Counted from the stretch's first letter, positions 27,386 to 40,360 are shown. The stretch is DNA of 64,000 nucleotides from an uncultured Alphaproteobacteria bacterium (GCA_902543855.1 CACBZW010000001.1:8979-72978); one strand, 5' to 3'. The notes: generated by a model not told the origin, from the sequence alone. Made by a program: numbers and translations.

Positions 27386-27647
27386 GAGGGGCGTTCTGTT
27401 GCCCGGCCGCCCCAAAGCCGCGCTTACCTAATTAGATTAAGCAGCGAGTGCTAATTCATTATCGTTAGCAATTATTTTAAGTTTCTATGTCGAAGAAACG
27501 CTTACAACGAGCAAAAACTATATCCTTCAGAGCACGTCAAACCTATATCACCCCCATAAAAATTTTATGGTGGAGGTGTCGGGTACCGCCCCCGAGTCCG
27601 ATACACCTATTACATATAGCGTTTATTGCTATAGTTGATAAACAACG
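27386..27647 (-). ncRNA. ssrA: Two-piece (circularly permuted) tmRNA; tag ANDNELALAA
   Basis: Acceptor piece ends CCTCCACCA at 27568; 12-nt spacer; coding piece starts GGGGG at 27555; tag frame 27469-27437; outer ends approximate. Confidence 0.92.
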
Positions 27648-27686
27648 AAGATAATATAGTCTAATAAATGAATCCTTTAAACACCT

Positions 27687-28613
27687 ATGAAGAAAAAAGT
27701 CACTAAAGTGCCAAAATTTAAAGATTTTAAAACAACAAGAGCCACGTCATCTGCTTTAGAAAAAATACTTTATAAACAAATTCCAATTTTAGACCATGGT
27801 TTCATAAGAGTTATTGATTATATGGGAACAGATCAGTCTATAGTCCAAGCAGCCAGAGTCTCCTATGGTGAGGGAACAAAAAAATTACGTGAGGACCGTG
27901 GTCTTATTAGATATCTTTTAAGCCACTGGCATACAACTCCTTTTGAGATGTGTGAAATTAAGTTTCATATTAAACTTCCTATTTTTGTTGCTAGACAATG
28001 GATCAGACACAGAACTGCAAATGTAAATGAATACTCTGCTAGATATTCAGTATTAGATAAAGAGTTTTATGTTCCAGAAATGGATCAACTAGGATCTCAA
28101 TCTACTACAAACAAGCAAGGGAGATCAAATACTTTAGATAAAAAGTTTGCAAAACAAGCCCAAGATTTAATTCAAAAGAATTCCGAACAACTCTATGATG
28201 ACTACCAAAATTTATTGAATGGTAAGCTTTTGAATAACGATGAATACGTTGAAGGTGAGGGATTAGCTAGAGAACTAGCTCGAACAACTCTTCCATTAAA
28301 TTATTACACACAGTGGTATTGGAAAGTGGACCTTCATAATCTTATGCATTTTTTAAGATTACGTGCAGATAGTCATGCTCAATATGAAATACAAATTTAT
28401 GCTGAAAAAATGGTTGAAATTTTAAAAAAGTGGGTGCCTTTAACATATGAAGCTTTTGAGGATTATCGTTCGGACTCATTTCAACTCTCTAAAGAGGCTT
28501 TGAAAATTGTTAAAGACAAATTAGCGAATAAAAAAATTAAGAAGTCTAATTATAAATTATCGCCAAGAGAGCTTAGAGAATTAGAAATAAAGTTTAATAT
28601 TAAATTATCTTAA
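27687..28613 (+). CDS. thyX: FAD-dependent thymidylate synthase
   Basis: RHRTANVNEYSARY; HTTPFE. Confidence 0.97.
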   Translation: MKKKVTKVPKFKDFKTTRATSSALEKILYKQIPILDHGFIRVIDYMGTDQSIVQAARVSYGEGTKKLREDRGLIRYLLSHWHTTPFEMCEIKFHIKLPIFVARQWIRHRTANVNEYSARYSVLDKEFYVPEMDQLGSQSTTNKQGRSNTLDKKFAKQAQDLIQKNSEQLYDDYQNLLNGKLLNNDEYVEGEGLARELARTTLPLNYYTQWYWKVDLHNLMHFLRLRADSHAQYEIQIYAEKMVEILKKWVPLTYEAFEDYRSDSFQLSKEALKIVKDKLANKKIKKSNYKLSPRELRELEIKFNIKLS

Positions 28614-29356
28614 CTTTCAAATTTTTTTGTAATTGCGTTTGTTATATTTTCAAATTTTAGTGAATAATTATCCTTATAATCAAAACAATAGGGCTTTCCG
28701 TCATCACAGCTTTTAGGGATATTTAAATTAAAAGGAAGTTCTTCAATTAAATTTATATTTTCTTTAAGTAATAAAGACTTAGTCTTTGACTCACCAAAAA
28801 TATATTTTTTTTCATTTTGTTCTTCTAAATAAGACATATTTTCAACTACACCAAGTATTGGAACATTAACCTTGATAAACATATTAATGCCTCTGATGAC
28901 ATCTTTTAAAGATAGAAGCTGTGGAGTTGTTATAATAAGAGTTCCATCCAGTTTAAGTTTTTGGGACATTGATATTTGTACGTCTCCAGTACCAGGGGGA
29001 AAATCAACAATTAAATAGTCTAAATCACCCCAAATTGTCTTATTAATAAGTCCATCAAGCCCTTTAGCTAACATTGGTCCTCGCCAAACAATTGCCTGTT
29101 CTTCATTGACAAGAAAACCTATCGACATTGCCTTTATCCCAAATACTTCAAATGGTAAAAACTTCCCATCCTCAACTTTTGGCTCCTTATCTCCAATGCC
29201 GAGTAATGTTGGGACACTAGGTCCATAAATGTCTGCGTCTAAAAGGCCAACTTTGTATCCTTGGTTTGCTAAAGTTATAGCGATATTGCAAGCTACAGTT
29301 GATTTACCAACACCACCTTTGCAGCTTGATATTCCAAAACAAGTCTTGATATTCAT
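28610..29356 (-). CDS. mrp: Mrp/NBP35 Fe-S cluster carrier ATPase
   Basis: KGGVGKST; DADIYGPS; DFPPGTGD; VENMS. Confidence 0.92.
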   Translation of the reverse strand: MNIKTCFGISSCKGGVGKSTVACNIAITLANQGYKVGLLDADIYGPSVPTLLGIGDKEPKVEDGKFLPFEVFGIKAMSIGFLVNEEQAIVWRGPMLAKGLDGLINKTIWGDLDYLIVDFPPGTGDVQISMSQKLKLDGTLIITTPQLLSLKDVIRGINMFIKVNVPILGVVENMSYLEEQNEKKYIFGESKTKSLLLKENINLIEELPFNLNIPKSCDDGKPYCFDYKDNYSLKFENITNAITKKFES

Positions 29357-29382
29357 ATATTAAACACTACATATAATGTATC

Positions 29383-30480
29383 GTGAACAAAAACAAATTT
29401 AAAATTTTTGCACTTGATGGACCATGGGGACCCTCATCAGGAAACAATAACAGAGGTTCTGGCGGTTTCTCAGGTGGTAACAATGACTCAATTGATGATC
29501 TTCTCAAAGATTTAAAGAATAAATACAAAATTAAAATGCCTTTTAAAGGTGGTTTTAAGGGTATTTCATTTTTAATATTAATAGCTTTTGTAATTTGGCT
29601 AGCGACAGGTTTTTATAGAGTTGAGCCTGACGAACAAGGGGTTGAGCTACTATTTGGTAAATGGAATGAAAGTACAACAGATCCAGGACTTCATTACTTT
29701 TTCCCTACTCCGATTGGTAAAGTTTTAACACCAAAAGTTGAAGCTATAAGAAAAATAAACGTTGGTTTTAGATCTAATGGTAATTCTACTAGAGATGTTC
29801 TTGAAGAAAGTATGATGCTTACTTCTGATCAAAATATATCTGATTTAGATTACACAGTCCTTTACAGAATTAAAGATGCAGGACAATTTTTATTTAATTT
29901 AAGAGATCCAGAAGAAACAGTGAAAGTTATATCAGAAAGTGTTTTAAGAGAGGTTGTCGGTCAGACTAACTTAGAAGGACTACTAACCGTTTCTAGACAA
30001 TCAGTTGAGAGAGACTCAAGATCCTTACTACAAGAACTTTTGGATGAATATGAAGTTGGAATACTAATTCAATCAATACAATTACAAGACGTTAATCCTC
30101 CAAGAGAGGTTATAGATGCATTTGATGATGTACAAAAAGCAAGACAGGATAAAGAGAGAACAGTCAACCAAGCAGAGGCTTATAGTAATAGAATTGTGCC
30201 TGAGGCGAGAGGTGAGGCTGAAAAAATCCTTCAAGAGGCAGAGGGTTATAAAAATAAATTAATTAAACAAGCCGAAGGTGAAGCAAGTAGATTTCTTCAG
30301 GTGTTAGAGACTTATGAACAATCTAAAGAGACAACTAAAAAAAGAATTTACCTAGAGACATTAAGAGATGTCTTATCAGGATCTAGTAAGATAATGATTG
30401 ATCAAAATTCTGGTAATGGAGTTGTTCCATATTTACCTTTAAACGAATTAAACAAAAACAAGCAGACAGGTAATAACTAA
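29383..30480 (+). CDS. hflK: FtsH modulator HflK
   Basis: GPWG N-terminus; SPFH domain; VPYLPL C-terminus. Confidence 0.95.
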   Translation: MNKNKFKIFALDGPWGPSSGNNNRGSGGFSGGNNDSIDDLLKDLKNKYKIKMPFKGGFKGISFLILIAFVIWLATGFYRVEPDEQGVELLFGKWNESTTDPGLHYFFPTPIGKVLTPKVEAIRKINVGFRSNGNSTRDVLEESMMLTSDQNISDLDYTVLYRIKDAGQFLFNLRDPEETVKVISESVLREVVGQTNLEGLLTVSRQSVERDSRSLLQELLDEYEVGILIQSIQLQDVNPPREVIDAFDDVQKARQDKERTVNQAEAYSNRIVPEARGEAEKILQEAEGYKNKLIKQAEGEASRFLQVLETYEQSKETTKKRIYLETLRDVLSGSSKIMIDQNSGNGVVPYLPLNELNKNKQTGNN

Positions 30481-31349
30481 TGAAAATGAGAAACTATATA
30501 ATTGTTGGATTATCTTTTTTTTTTATTTTGTTTGCGTCAGGTTTTTTCTTTGTTGTCGATCAAACAAAACAAGTAATTGTTTTACAATTTGGTGAACCTC
30601 GTGCAGTACATCAATCACCTGGTTTAAAATTTAAATTACCATTTATTCAAAACGTTGTTTATTACGATAGTAGGGTATTAAACTTAGATCCCGCTCAAGA
30701 AGAGGTGATACTAAGAGACCAAAAACGTATTGTGGTTGACTCAATTGTTAGATACATGATTAAAGACCCTCTAAAGTTTTTTCAAACAACTAGAACAGAG
30801 TTAGCTCTTAATGATCGTTTGGGAAGAATAGTAAATTCATCTGTAAGAGGTGTAATAGCACAGTATCAATTAAATGACTTGCTATCAGATGATCGAGATA
30901 AAATTATGGCTGAGATTTTCGAAAATGTTCGTGAAGACCAAGATACATTTGGTATAGAGATTGTTGATTTAAGATTAAAAAGAACTGAGCTTACACCAGA
31001 AGTTCAATCTAACGTTTTCGATAGGATGAGAACCGAGAGAGAAAGAGAAGCAAATCTTTTGAGAGCTGAGGGTCAAGAAATATCTCAGAAAATTAAAGCT
31101 ACTGCCGATAGAGAGAAAATTGAAATAATCGCTGAAGCTGAAAAACAATCCAATATCTTAAAAGGTGAAGGTGAAGCTGCTAGAAATCAAATTTTAAATG
31201 AGGCTTTTGGAAAAGACCCTGAGTTTTTTGAATTTATAAGATCAATGGAAGCATACGCAGACACTTTCAAAGACGGAACAACCACCATGGTCATTTCTCC
31301 TGATAGTGATTTCTTCGAGTATTTTGAGAACTCTGAGGGTGCCAACTAA
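30480..31349 (+). CDS. hflC: FtsH modulator HflC
   Basis: RMRTERERE; DPEFFEFIRSMEAY. Confidence 0.95.
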   Translation: MKMRNYIIVGLSFFFILFASGFFFVVDQTKQVIVLQFGEPRAVHQSPGLKFKLPFIQNVVYYDSRVLNLDPAQEEVILRDQKRIVVDSIVRYMIKDPLKFFQTTRTELALNDRLGRIVNSSVRGVIAQYQLNDLLSDDRDKIMAEIFENVREDQDTFGIEIVDLRLKRTELTPEVQSNVFDRMRTEREREANLLRAEGQEISQKIKATADREKIEIIAEAEKQSNILKGEGEAARNQILNEAFGKDPEFFEFIRSMEAYADTFKDGTTTMVISPDSDFFEYFENSEGAN

Positions 31350-31363
31350 ATAAAATAGCTTCA

Positions 31364-32752
31364 ATGAAAAGACTGCTTCTTTTATCTCTTTTCAGTGTGC
31401 TTTTTACAACTCAGAGCATATTTGCACAATTTGAGAGAGGTTATGCAGATTTAGTTGACGAACTTCTACCTTCAGTTGTAAGTATTGCTACTAGTCAAAC
31501 TGTAGAAAGACAATCAAGGCAATTACCTGAATTGCCAGAAGGCCACCCGTTCAATGATATGTTTGATGATTTTTTTGGCAATCAAATGCCAAAACGTGAA
31601 AATTTAACTGGTCTTGGATCAGGATTTATTATTAGTGATGAGGGTTTTGTGGTTACAAATAATCACGTAATAAGTGGAGCAGATCAAATAACAGTAATTT
31701 TTAATAACGGAATTGATGAAGTACCCGCAGAACTTGTTGGAACTGACCCAAAAACTGATATAGCTGTTTTAAAAATTGATCCCTCATCTGTTGATATAAA
31801 AAATGTTAACTGGGGAGACTCAGATTTATCAAGAGTTGGAGATATTGTACTAGCTATTGGTAATCCACTTGGTTTAGGGGGAACTGTAACTTCAGGAATA
31901 ATATCTTCTATAAATAGAGATATTGGTGGAGGTCCTTACGTTGACTTTATACAAACTGATGCACCAATTAATAGAGGCAACTCCGGTGGACCTTTGTTTA
32001 ATTTAGATGGAGAGGTAATTGGGATTAATTCAATGATAATCTCCCAAACAGGTGGTAGTGTCGGCTTAGGTTTTTCTATTCCCTCTCAAACAGCAAAATT
32101 AATTGTTGAACAAATAATCTCATTTGGTCAGGCAAAAAGAGGAAGACTTGGTGTTCAAATTCAAGATTTAACAGAAGAATTTTCTGAGAGTTTAGGCTAT
32201 GATTCAACAGAGGGAGCATTTGTTGCTTCAGTTGAACCAAATAGCCCAGCTGCGTTATCAAACATTCAAGCTGGAGATATAATAATTGAGTTTAATGATC
32301 AAAAAATTACTTCATTTAAAGATTTACCTAAAGTTGTTGCAGAAACTCCAATAGATAGTGAGGTAATTGTTAAAGTTTGGAGAAACGGAGAAATTATAGA
32401 CATACAGGTAAAAGTTGGTGAATTAGAAGAGGGCCGCAAACTTGCTAAAAATGATGGAGTTTATTTAGATAAGTTAGATATAACTGTTCTTGAGTTGACA
32501 ATTGAAGCTATTAATTCTTTAGGATTAGACTCAAAAACTTCAGGTATTTTAGTCACAGAAGTAGGAGAAAATAATGAAAATCTTCTCAAGAATGATGTTA
32601 TTATCCAAGTGTCCAGTGAAAAAGTTAGAGATATTAGCTCTTTTGAGACGATCATATCTAATAGTATTAAGTTGAAACGAGATAAATTGTTATTAAGAGT
32701 TATTAGAGACGGTAATGAATTTTGGTTAATAAACCCACTCGTTATTGAATAA
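31364..32752 (+). CDS. degP: Do/DegP family serine endopeptidase with PDZ domains
   Basis: GSGF; TNNHV; GNSGGPL; PDZ domains. Confidence 0.92.
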   Translation: MKRLLLLSLFSVLFTTQSIFAQFERGYADLVDELLPSVVSIATSQTVERQSRQLPELPEGHPFNDMFDDFFGNQMPKRENLTGLGSGFIISDEGFVVTNNHVISGADQITVIFNNGIDEVPAELVGTDPKTDIAVLKIDPSSVDIKNVNWGDSDLSRVGDIVLAIGNPLGLGGTVTSGIISSINRDIGGGPYVDFIQTDAPINRGNSGGPLFNLDGEVIGINSMIISQTGGSVGLGFSIPSQTAKLIVEQIISFGQAKRGRLGVQIQDLTEEFSESLGYDSTEGAFVASVEPNSPAALSNIQAGDIIIEFNDQKITSFKDLPKVVAETPIDSEVIVKVWRNGEIIDIQVKVGELEEGRKLAKNDGVYLDKLDITVLELTIEAINSLGLDSKTSGILVTEVGENNENLLKNDVIIQVSSEKVRDISSFETIISNSIKLKRDKLLLRVIRDGNEFWLINPLVIE

Positions 32753-33656
32753 ATTTCTTTTTGTTGTAGGCCCTACTTGTTCAGGTAAAAATGATTACAC
32801 ATATGAATTATCAAAATTAATAGACATAGAAGTTATAAATGCTGACAGTATACAAGTTTATAAACAACTAAAAATTTTATCAAACAGACCTACAGAGCAA
32901 GATTTAAAGATAGTCCCTCATCATCTCTATGGACATATCAATAATAAAGAATATTCAGTAAATCATTGGATAGATGAAGTTAAGCAAGTAGTTAAAAATA
33001 TTCAAAGTAGAAATAATATACCTGTGTTTGTTGGAGGTACTGGATTTTATATTCAATCTCTAATTGAGGGATTATCAGATATGCCATCAATTAGTTACAA
33101 ATTTAAAAAACAAGCAGAAGATTTATTTTTAGACAAAGGCCCAGATCATTGTCTTAATATTTTAGAAAAATATTATAAAGAAAAAATTTTCCCAAAAGAT
33201 AAACAAAGATTATTAAGCCGTTTAGCTTTTTGCTTGGAGCATCATGATACAATGGAAAATAATTACGGTAGTAAAGTACCGGTTACCCCTAATTCGCTTG
33301 TTATCCAAATTACTAAACCCAAGAGAGATCTTTATGAAAAAGCAGAATTAAGATTTCATCAAATGATAAACAAGGGCGCTTTAGAAGAAGTCAAATTACT
33401 TTATGAAAATAAAAAAATATCAAAAACTCTCTATAAAGCTCATGGTCTACCAGAATTGCTATCTTGTGTTAGAAATAAATTAAGTTTAGATGAGGCTATT
33501 TATTTAGGAATTAAAAATACTAAGAGGTATATTAAAAGACAGTTTACTTGGTGGAATAACCAAAAATTTAGCCAACTTAATTTGAGAATAAACTATAAAA
33601 AAAGCTTCCCTAAAGATTCAATTGAAAATATAAGTATATATCTAAATGAACAATGA
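32745..33656 (+). CDS. miaA: tRNA dimethylallyltransferase
   Basis: GPTCSGK; DSIQVY; GGTGFY; YIKRQFTW. Confidence 0.95.
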   Translation: MNKFLFVVGPTCSGKNDYTYELSKLIDIEVINADSIQVYKQLKILSNRPTEQDLKIVPHHLYGHINNKEYSVNHWIDEVKQVVKNIQSRNNIPVFVGGTGFYIQSLIEGLSDMPSISYKFKKQAEDLFLDKGPDHCLNILEKYYKEKIFPKDKQRLLSRLAFCLEHHDTMENNYGSKVPVTPNSLVIQITKPKRDLYEKAELRFHQMINKGALEEVKLLYENKKISKTLYKAHGLPELLSCVRNKLSLDEAIYLGIKNTKRYIKRQFTWWNNQKFSQLNLRINYKKSFPKDSIENISIYLNEQ

Positions 33657-35418
33657 AAACGAATTCACGGGAGCAGATATTTTACTTAAAGCCCTTAAAG
33701 ATCAAGAGGTTGATACAATCTTTGGTTATCCAGGTGGAGCTGTTCTTCCAATTTATGATGCAATATTTGGCCAAAACTTTTTAAAACATGTATTAGTAAG
33801 GCAAGAGGCTGGCGCAGTTCATGCAGCTGAGGGCTATGCTAGATCAAGTGGGAAAGTAGGTGTGTTGTTAGTAACATCCGGTCCTGGTGTGACCAATGTC
33901 GTTACTGGATTAACTGATGCACTGATGGATAGCATTCCAATTGTCTGTATAAGTGGACAAGTCCCATCACATTTAATTGGAACAGATGCATTTCAGGAAT
34001 GTGACACAACCGGAATTACAAGACCTTGTACTAAACATAATTATTTAGTGAAGGACGTAAATAAACTCTCTGAGACTATCCATGAGGCATTTAAAATTGC
34101 TAGCTCTGGTAGACCTGGTCCTGTTTTAATTGATATTCCTAAAGATGTTCAGTTTGCAAAGTCAAAATATATATCAAAGAAAGATATAAGTTTTAGAGAG
34201 CACAGAATTAAAGCTGGTTCCAAAAACGTAGATAAAAATTTTGTCAAAGAACTAGTAAATCATATTAAAAAATCTGAGAGACCTATATTTTATGTTGGTG
34301 GTGGTTGTTTAAACTCAGGCCATCAAGCAAGCCAAGAGCTTATTAAACTTGTAAACAAAACCAATATTCCAATTACAACAACCCTTCATGGATTGGGATG
34401 CTTTCCAGGTGAAGATAAAAGTTCACTTGGGATGTTAGGTATGCATGGAAATTATGAAGCTAACTTGGCTATGAACAAATGTGATTTGATGATTAATGTT
34501 GGAGCAAGATTTGATGACCGTGTTACAGGCAGATTAGATGCTTTTTCTCCGGACTCAATAAAATTCCATATAGATATTGATCAAAGTTCAATAAATAAAA
34601 ACGTTAAAGTCAATTTTCATACTAATACTGATATTACTCTAACACTTAAAGAAATTAACTTATTTATAGACTCCAATAACATTGATTTTGGCGATAAAGA
34701 TTATGATAATTGGTGGGGTCAAATCAATGAATGGAGAAAAAAAGAATGTCTCCACTACGAACAAGGTGATGAAGTGATCAAACCACAACATGCTATATCC
34801 AGACTTTACGAATTAACAAAACAAAAAGACACTTTTGTTACCACAGAAGTTGGTCAGCATCAAATGTGGGCAGCTCAATATTATAAGTTTTCAAAACCAA
34901 ACAGATGGATTACATCAGGTGGTTTAGGTACAATGGGCTTCGGTATGCCAGCCGCAGTTGGTGCACAAATGGCAAATCCAGACTCACTAGTTATAGATAT
35001 AGCTGGTGAGGCATCTTTTCTCATGAACATTCAAGAAATAGCTACGGCTGTTCAATATAAGTTACCTATCAAAATTTTTATTCTTAATAATGAATATATG
35101 GGAATGGTCAGACAGTGGCAGGAACTATTACATGGTAGTAGATATTCAGAGAGTTACGTGGACGCCCTTCCTGATTTTAAAAAATTAGCAGAGAGTTTTA
35201 ATGCTGTTGGAGTAAGGGCAAAAAATATTGCCGAATTAGACGATACAATTAATGAAATGATTTCAATTGACAGGCCAGTTATAGCCGATATTTGGGTCGA
35301 TAAAAAAGAAAATTGTTTTCCAATGATACCAAGTGGAGCTGCACATCACGAAATGTTACTATCTAAATACGATAAAGAAAATCCAGAAAATCAGGAAAAA
35401 GGAAAAGTATTAGTTTAA
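33646..35418 (+). CDS. ilvB: Acetolactate synthase large subunit
   Basis: FGYPGG; TSGPG; VGQHQMW; SGGLGTMG. Confidence 0.95.
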   Translation: MNNENEFTGADILLKALKDQEVDTIFGYPGGAVLPIYDAIFGQNFLKHVLVRQEAGAVHAAEGYARSSGKVGVLLVTSGPGVTNVVTGLTDALMDSIPIVCISGQVPSHLIGTDAFQECDTTGITRPCTKHNYLVKDVNKLSETIHEAFKIASSGRPGPVLIDIPKDVQFAKSKYISKKDISFREHRIKAGSKNVDKNFVKELVNHIKKSERPIFYVGGGCLNSGHQASQELIKLVNKTNIPITTTLHGLGCFPGEDKSSLGMLGMHGNYEANLAMNKCDLMINVGARFDDRVTGRLDAFSPDSIKFHIDIDQSSINKNVKVNFHTNTDITLTLKEINLFIDSNNIDFGDKDYDNWWGQINEWRKKECLHYEQGDEVIKPQHAISRLYELTKQKDTFVTTEVGQHQMWAAQYYKFSKPNRWITSGGLGTMGFGMPAAVGAQMANPDSLVIDIAGEASFLMNIQEIATAVQYKLPIKIFILNNEYMGMVRQWQELLHGSRYSESYVDALPDFKKLAESFNAVGVRAKNIAELDDTINEMISIDRPVIADIWVDKKENCFPMIPSGAAHHEMLLSKYDKENPENQEKGKVLV

Positions 35419-35431
35419 TAATTTTTTTATA

Positions 35432-35968
35432 ATGTCCTCTACTTCAGTTTATCCAACACCTATAAACGCTTTTAAACAGTCTAAGAGGAGCGTTCTTTCT
35501 GTTATTGTTGATAACGAACCTGGTATTCTTGCACGTATAGTAGGTTTATTTTCAGGAAGAGGATATAATATTGAAGCATTAAACGTAACAGTTGTAGACG
35601 TTAAGAAAAATCTTTCCCGAATTACTATAGAAACTTTAGGAGAAGAAAAAGTAATTAGTCAAATTATAGCACAATTAGAAAAACTTGTTCCTGTTCATAG
35701 CGCCACTAATTTAGCAAACTTAAGCGAGTCTTATGAAGCAGAAATTTGCCTAGTTAAGATTGAATTTGAAAATGAGGAACAAGATCAAAAAATACTCAAT
35801 TTTGCAGATATTTATCGTTCAAGAACTGTTCAAAAAAGACAAAATATTGTTGTTTATGAAATATCAGGCACAAGCGAGCGAATAAATAAATTTTTAGATG
35901 ACTTAGACACAATCGGTGGTATAAAAGTCGAATTAGTTCGAAGCGGGCCTATAGGGCTCGGAATATAA
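35432..35968 (+). CDS. ilvN: Acetolactate synthase small subunit
   Basis: [23 protein letters not shown] domain. Confidence 0.93.
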   Translation: MSSTSVYPTPINAFKQSKRSVLSVIVDNEPGILARIVGLFSGRGYNIEALNVTVVDVKKNLSRITIETLGEEKVISQIIAQLEKLVPVHSATNLANLSESYEAEICLVKIEFENEEQDQKILNFADIYRSRTVQKRQNIVVYEISGTSERINKFLDDLDTIGGIKVELVRSGPIGLGI

Positions 35969-35985
35969 CGTTTTTAGGGGGTAAT

Positions 35986-37002
35986 ATGAAGGTTTATTAC
36001 GAACAAGATGCTGATTTTAACATAATTAAAGACAAAAAAATTGTAATTATAGGATTTGGATCGCAAGGTCATGCTCATGCATTAAATCTAAAAGACTCTG
36101 GGGCTTCTAATGTAGTTGTTGGATTGAGAGAGGGTTCTTCATCAATTGAAAAAGCAAAAAATGTGGGCCTAAAAACCCAAACACCTGCAGACGCAGTAAA
36201 GGACGCAGATATTGTAATGTTCTTAGCTCCTGATGAAAATCAACAAGAAATTTATCAAACTCAAATTCACGACAATATAAAAAACGGTGCCGCTTTAGCT
36301 TTTGCTCATGGTTTAAATATTCATTTTCAACTTATAACAGCGAGAGATGATTTAGATGTTTTTATGGTTGCCCCAAAAGGCCCAGGCCATACAGTAAGAG
36401 GAGAGTATCTTAAAGGTGGTGGGGTACCATGTTTACTCGCAGTAGAAAAAAATGTAAGTGGTAATGCAAAAGAAATTGGTCTTGCGTATGCTTCTGCTTT
36501 GGGTGGAGGTAAATCTGGTATAATTGAAACTACATTTAAAGAGGAGTGTGAGACAGATTTATTTGGTGAACAAACAGTTCTTTGTGGAGGGTTAATGTCT
36601 CTTGTTAGAAACGGTTTTGAAACTCTTGTTGAGGCTGGTTATGCGCCTGAAATGGCCTATTTCGAATGTTTGCATGAAGTAAAATTAATTGTTGATCTTA
36701 TGTATGAAGGTGGCATGGCTAATATGAGGTATTCAATATCTAATACAGCTGAATATGGTGATTACACCAGAGGCCCAAGAGTAGTTCCTAACGAAGCCAC
36801 TAAAGCTGAAATGAAAAAAGTTCTAAGTGAAATACAAGATGGTACTTTCACAAAAGAATGGATGGCTGAACATAAGTCAGGGCAAATTAAGTTTAAACAA
36901 ATGAGAGACCAAGGTGCAAAGCACCAAATTGAAGAGGTAGGAGCTAAATTAAGGTCTATGATGCCATGGATTGCATCGAATAAACTTGTAAAGGATATCT
37001 AG
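35986..37002 (+). CDS. ilvC: Ketol-acid reductoisomerase
   Basis: [10 protein letters not shown]; APKGPGH; ETDLFGEQ. Confidence 0.97.
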   Translation: MKVYYEQDADFNIIKDKKIVIIGFGSQGHAHALNLKDSGASNVVVGLREGSSSIEKAKNVGLKTQTPADAVKDADIVMFLAPDENQQEIYQTQIHDNIKNGAALAFAHGLNIHFQLITARDDLDVFMVAPKGPGHTVRGEYLKGGGVPCLLAVEKNVSGNAKEIGLAYASALGGGKSGIIETTFKEECETDLFGEQTVLCGGLMSLVRNGFETLVEAGYAPEMAYFECLHEVKLIVDLMYEGGMANMRYSISNTAEYGDYTRGPRVVPNEATKAEMKKVLSEIQDGTFTKEWMAEHKSGQIKFKQMRDQGAKHQIEEVGAKLRSMMPWIASNKLVKDI

Positions 37003-37004
37003 TA

Positions 37005-38573
37005 TTGCCGGATAAAGTTTTAATATTTGATACTACTCTTAGAGACGGAGAGCAGTCTCCTGGAGCTTCGATGAATCAAGAAGAAAAACTCTCTATTGCT
37101 AGACTATTAGAGGAGTTAAAGGTTGACATAATTGAGGCTGGATTTCCCATAGCATCAAAAGGCGACTTTAACTCAGTACAAGCAATTGCAAGCGAAATTA
37201 AGGACTGCCAGATAGCTGGATTAGCTAGAGCAAAACATGAGGATATTGAAACAGCTTGGAATGCTGTAAAAAAAGCGAAAAATCCAAGAATTCACACTTT
37301 TATTGCCACAAGTCCAATTCATATGAAGTTTAAACTCAAGTTGACTGAAGAGCAGGTCTTAGAAAAAATTAAAGATAGCGTATCATTTGCGAGAAATTTA
37401 TGTCCTAATATTGAGTGGAGTTGTGAAGATGGTGGCAGATCCTCAATTGATTTTCTATATAAATGCATAGATTTAGCTATTGAAAGTGGTGCGTCTACAA
37501 TAAATATTCCTGATACAGTTGGATACACTTTACCATTTGAATTTGGAGAGATTATCAAAAAAGTTAAAAATAATGTTCCTAATATTGATAAAGCAATAAT
37601 CTCTGTTCATTGTCATAATGATTTAGGGTTAGCTGTTGCGAACTCTCTAAATGCAGTTGAAAACGGTGCAAGACAAATTGAATGTACCATTAATGGGCTG
37701 GGAGAAAGAGCAGGTAATGCTGCCCTAGAGGAAGTGGTAATGGCTATGAAAGTTAGGTCAGATCTTTTAAAAGTTGAAACTAATATCAACACAAGTGCTT
37801 TATCTAAAACATCTAAACTTGTATCTTCTGTCACAGGTTTTCCTGTACAGCCTAATAAAGCGATCGTTGGTGCTAATGCTTTTGCTCATGAGTCTGGAAT
37901 TCACCAAGATGGCGTGTTAAAAAATGTTCAAACTTATGAGATTATGTCACCAGAGACGATTGGTTTAAAAAAATCAAGTTTGGTGCTGGGTAAACACTCT
38001 GGCAAACACGCATTCAAAGAAAAATTAAAAATTTTAGGATATGAAGTTGGCGATAATTATATCAATGAGATATTCGAAAAATTTAAGCTTTTAGCTGATA
38101 AGAAAAAAGATGTATATGATGAGGATATAATAGCTCTAGTTGATGATACATATTTAAACCAATCCAATACTTTAAAACTTAAAAATCTTAGTATCATGTC
38201 TGGTACTAACTCTAAACATGTTGCCTCTTTGGAGTTAAGCTTTAAAGATGAGCTGAAAGAGGTAAGTGGATCTGGAAACGGTCCAGTTGATGCAGTATTT
38301 AGTTGTATATCTAAAGTAGTTGGCTTTTCTCCAAAATTAGTTTTGTATCATATTAATGCCATTACACCAGACTCTGATGCACAAGGAGAGGTTGCAGTCA
38401 AACTTGAGTATTTTAACAAAGAATTTATTGGCAAAGCTTCTGATATAGATATTATTGTAGCCTCTGCAAAATCTTATATCAATGCATGTAATAAAATATT
38501 AAACTTCGAAAAGAACACAAATATGCAAGAAGGGGTATCAGAGATTAGTATCTCAAACATAAAGGGTATATAA
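37005..38573 (+). CDS. leuA: 2-isopropylmalate synthase
   Basis: DTTLRDGEQ; HCHNDLG; GERAGN; HESGIHQDG. Confidence 0.97.
   Translation: MPDKVLIFDTTLRDGEQSPGASMNQEEKLSIARLLEELKVDIIEAGFPIASKGDFNSVQAIASEIKDCQIAGLARAKHEDIETAWNAVKKAKNPRIHTFIATSPIHMKFKLKLTEEQVLEKIKDSVSFARNLCPNIEWSCEDGGRSSIDFLYKCIDLAIESGASTINIPDTVGYTLPFEFGEIIKKVKNNVPNIDKAIISVHCHNDLGLAVANSLNAVENGARQIECTINGLGERAGNAALEEVVMAMKVRSDLLKVETNINTSALSKTSKLVSSVTGFPVQPNKAIVGANAFAHESGIHQDGVLKNVQTYEIMSPETIGLKKSSLVLGKHSGKHAFKEKLKILGYEVGDNYINEIFEKFKLLADKKKDVYDEDIIALVDDTYLNQSNTLKLKNLSIMSGTNSKHVASLELSFKDELKEVSGSGNGPVDAVFSCISKVVGFSPKLVLYHINAITPDSDAQGEVAVKLEYFNKEFIGKASDIDIIVASAKSYINACNKILNFEKNTNMQEGVSEISISNIKGI

Positions 38574-40360
<1,787 letters not shown>

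Larger units (their letters stand above)
26033..27399. mobile_element. Integrase-less islet at the 3' end of tmRNA carrying one methyltransferase gene
   Basis: 12-bp direct repeat GGGGCGTTCTGT at 26033-26044 and 27388-27399; CTTCGTAG repeat clusters inside both ends. Confidence 0.65.
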
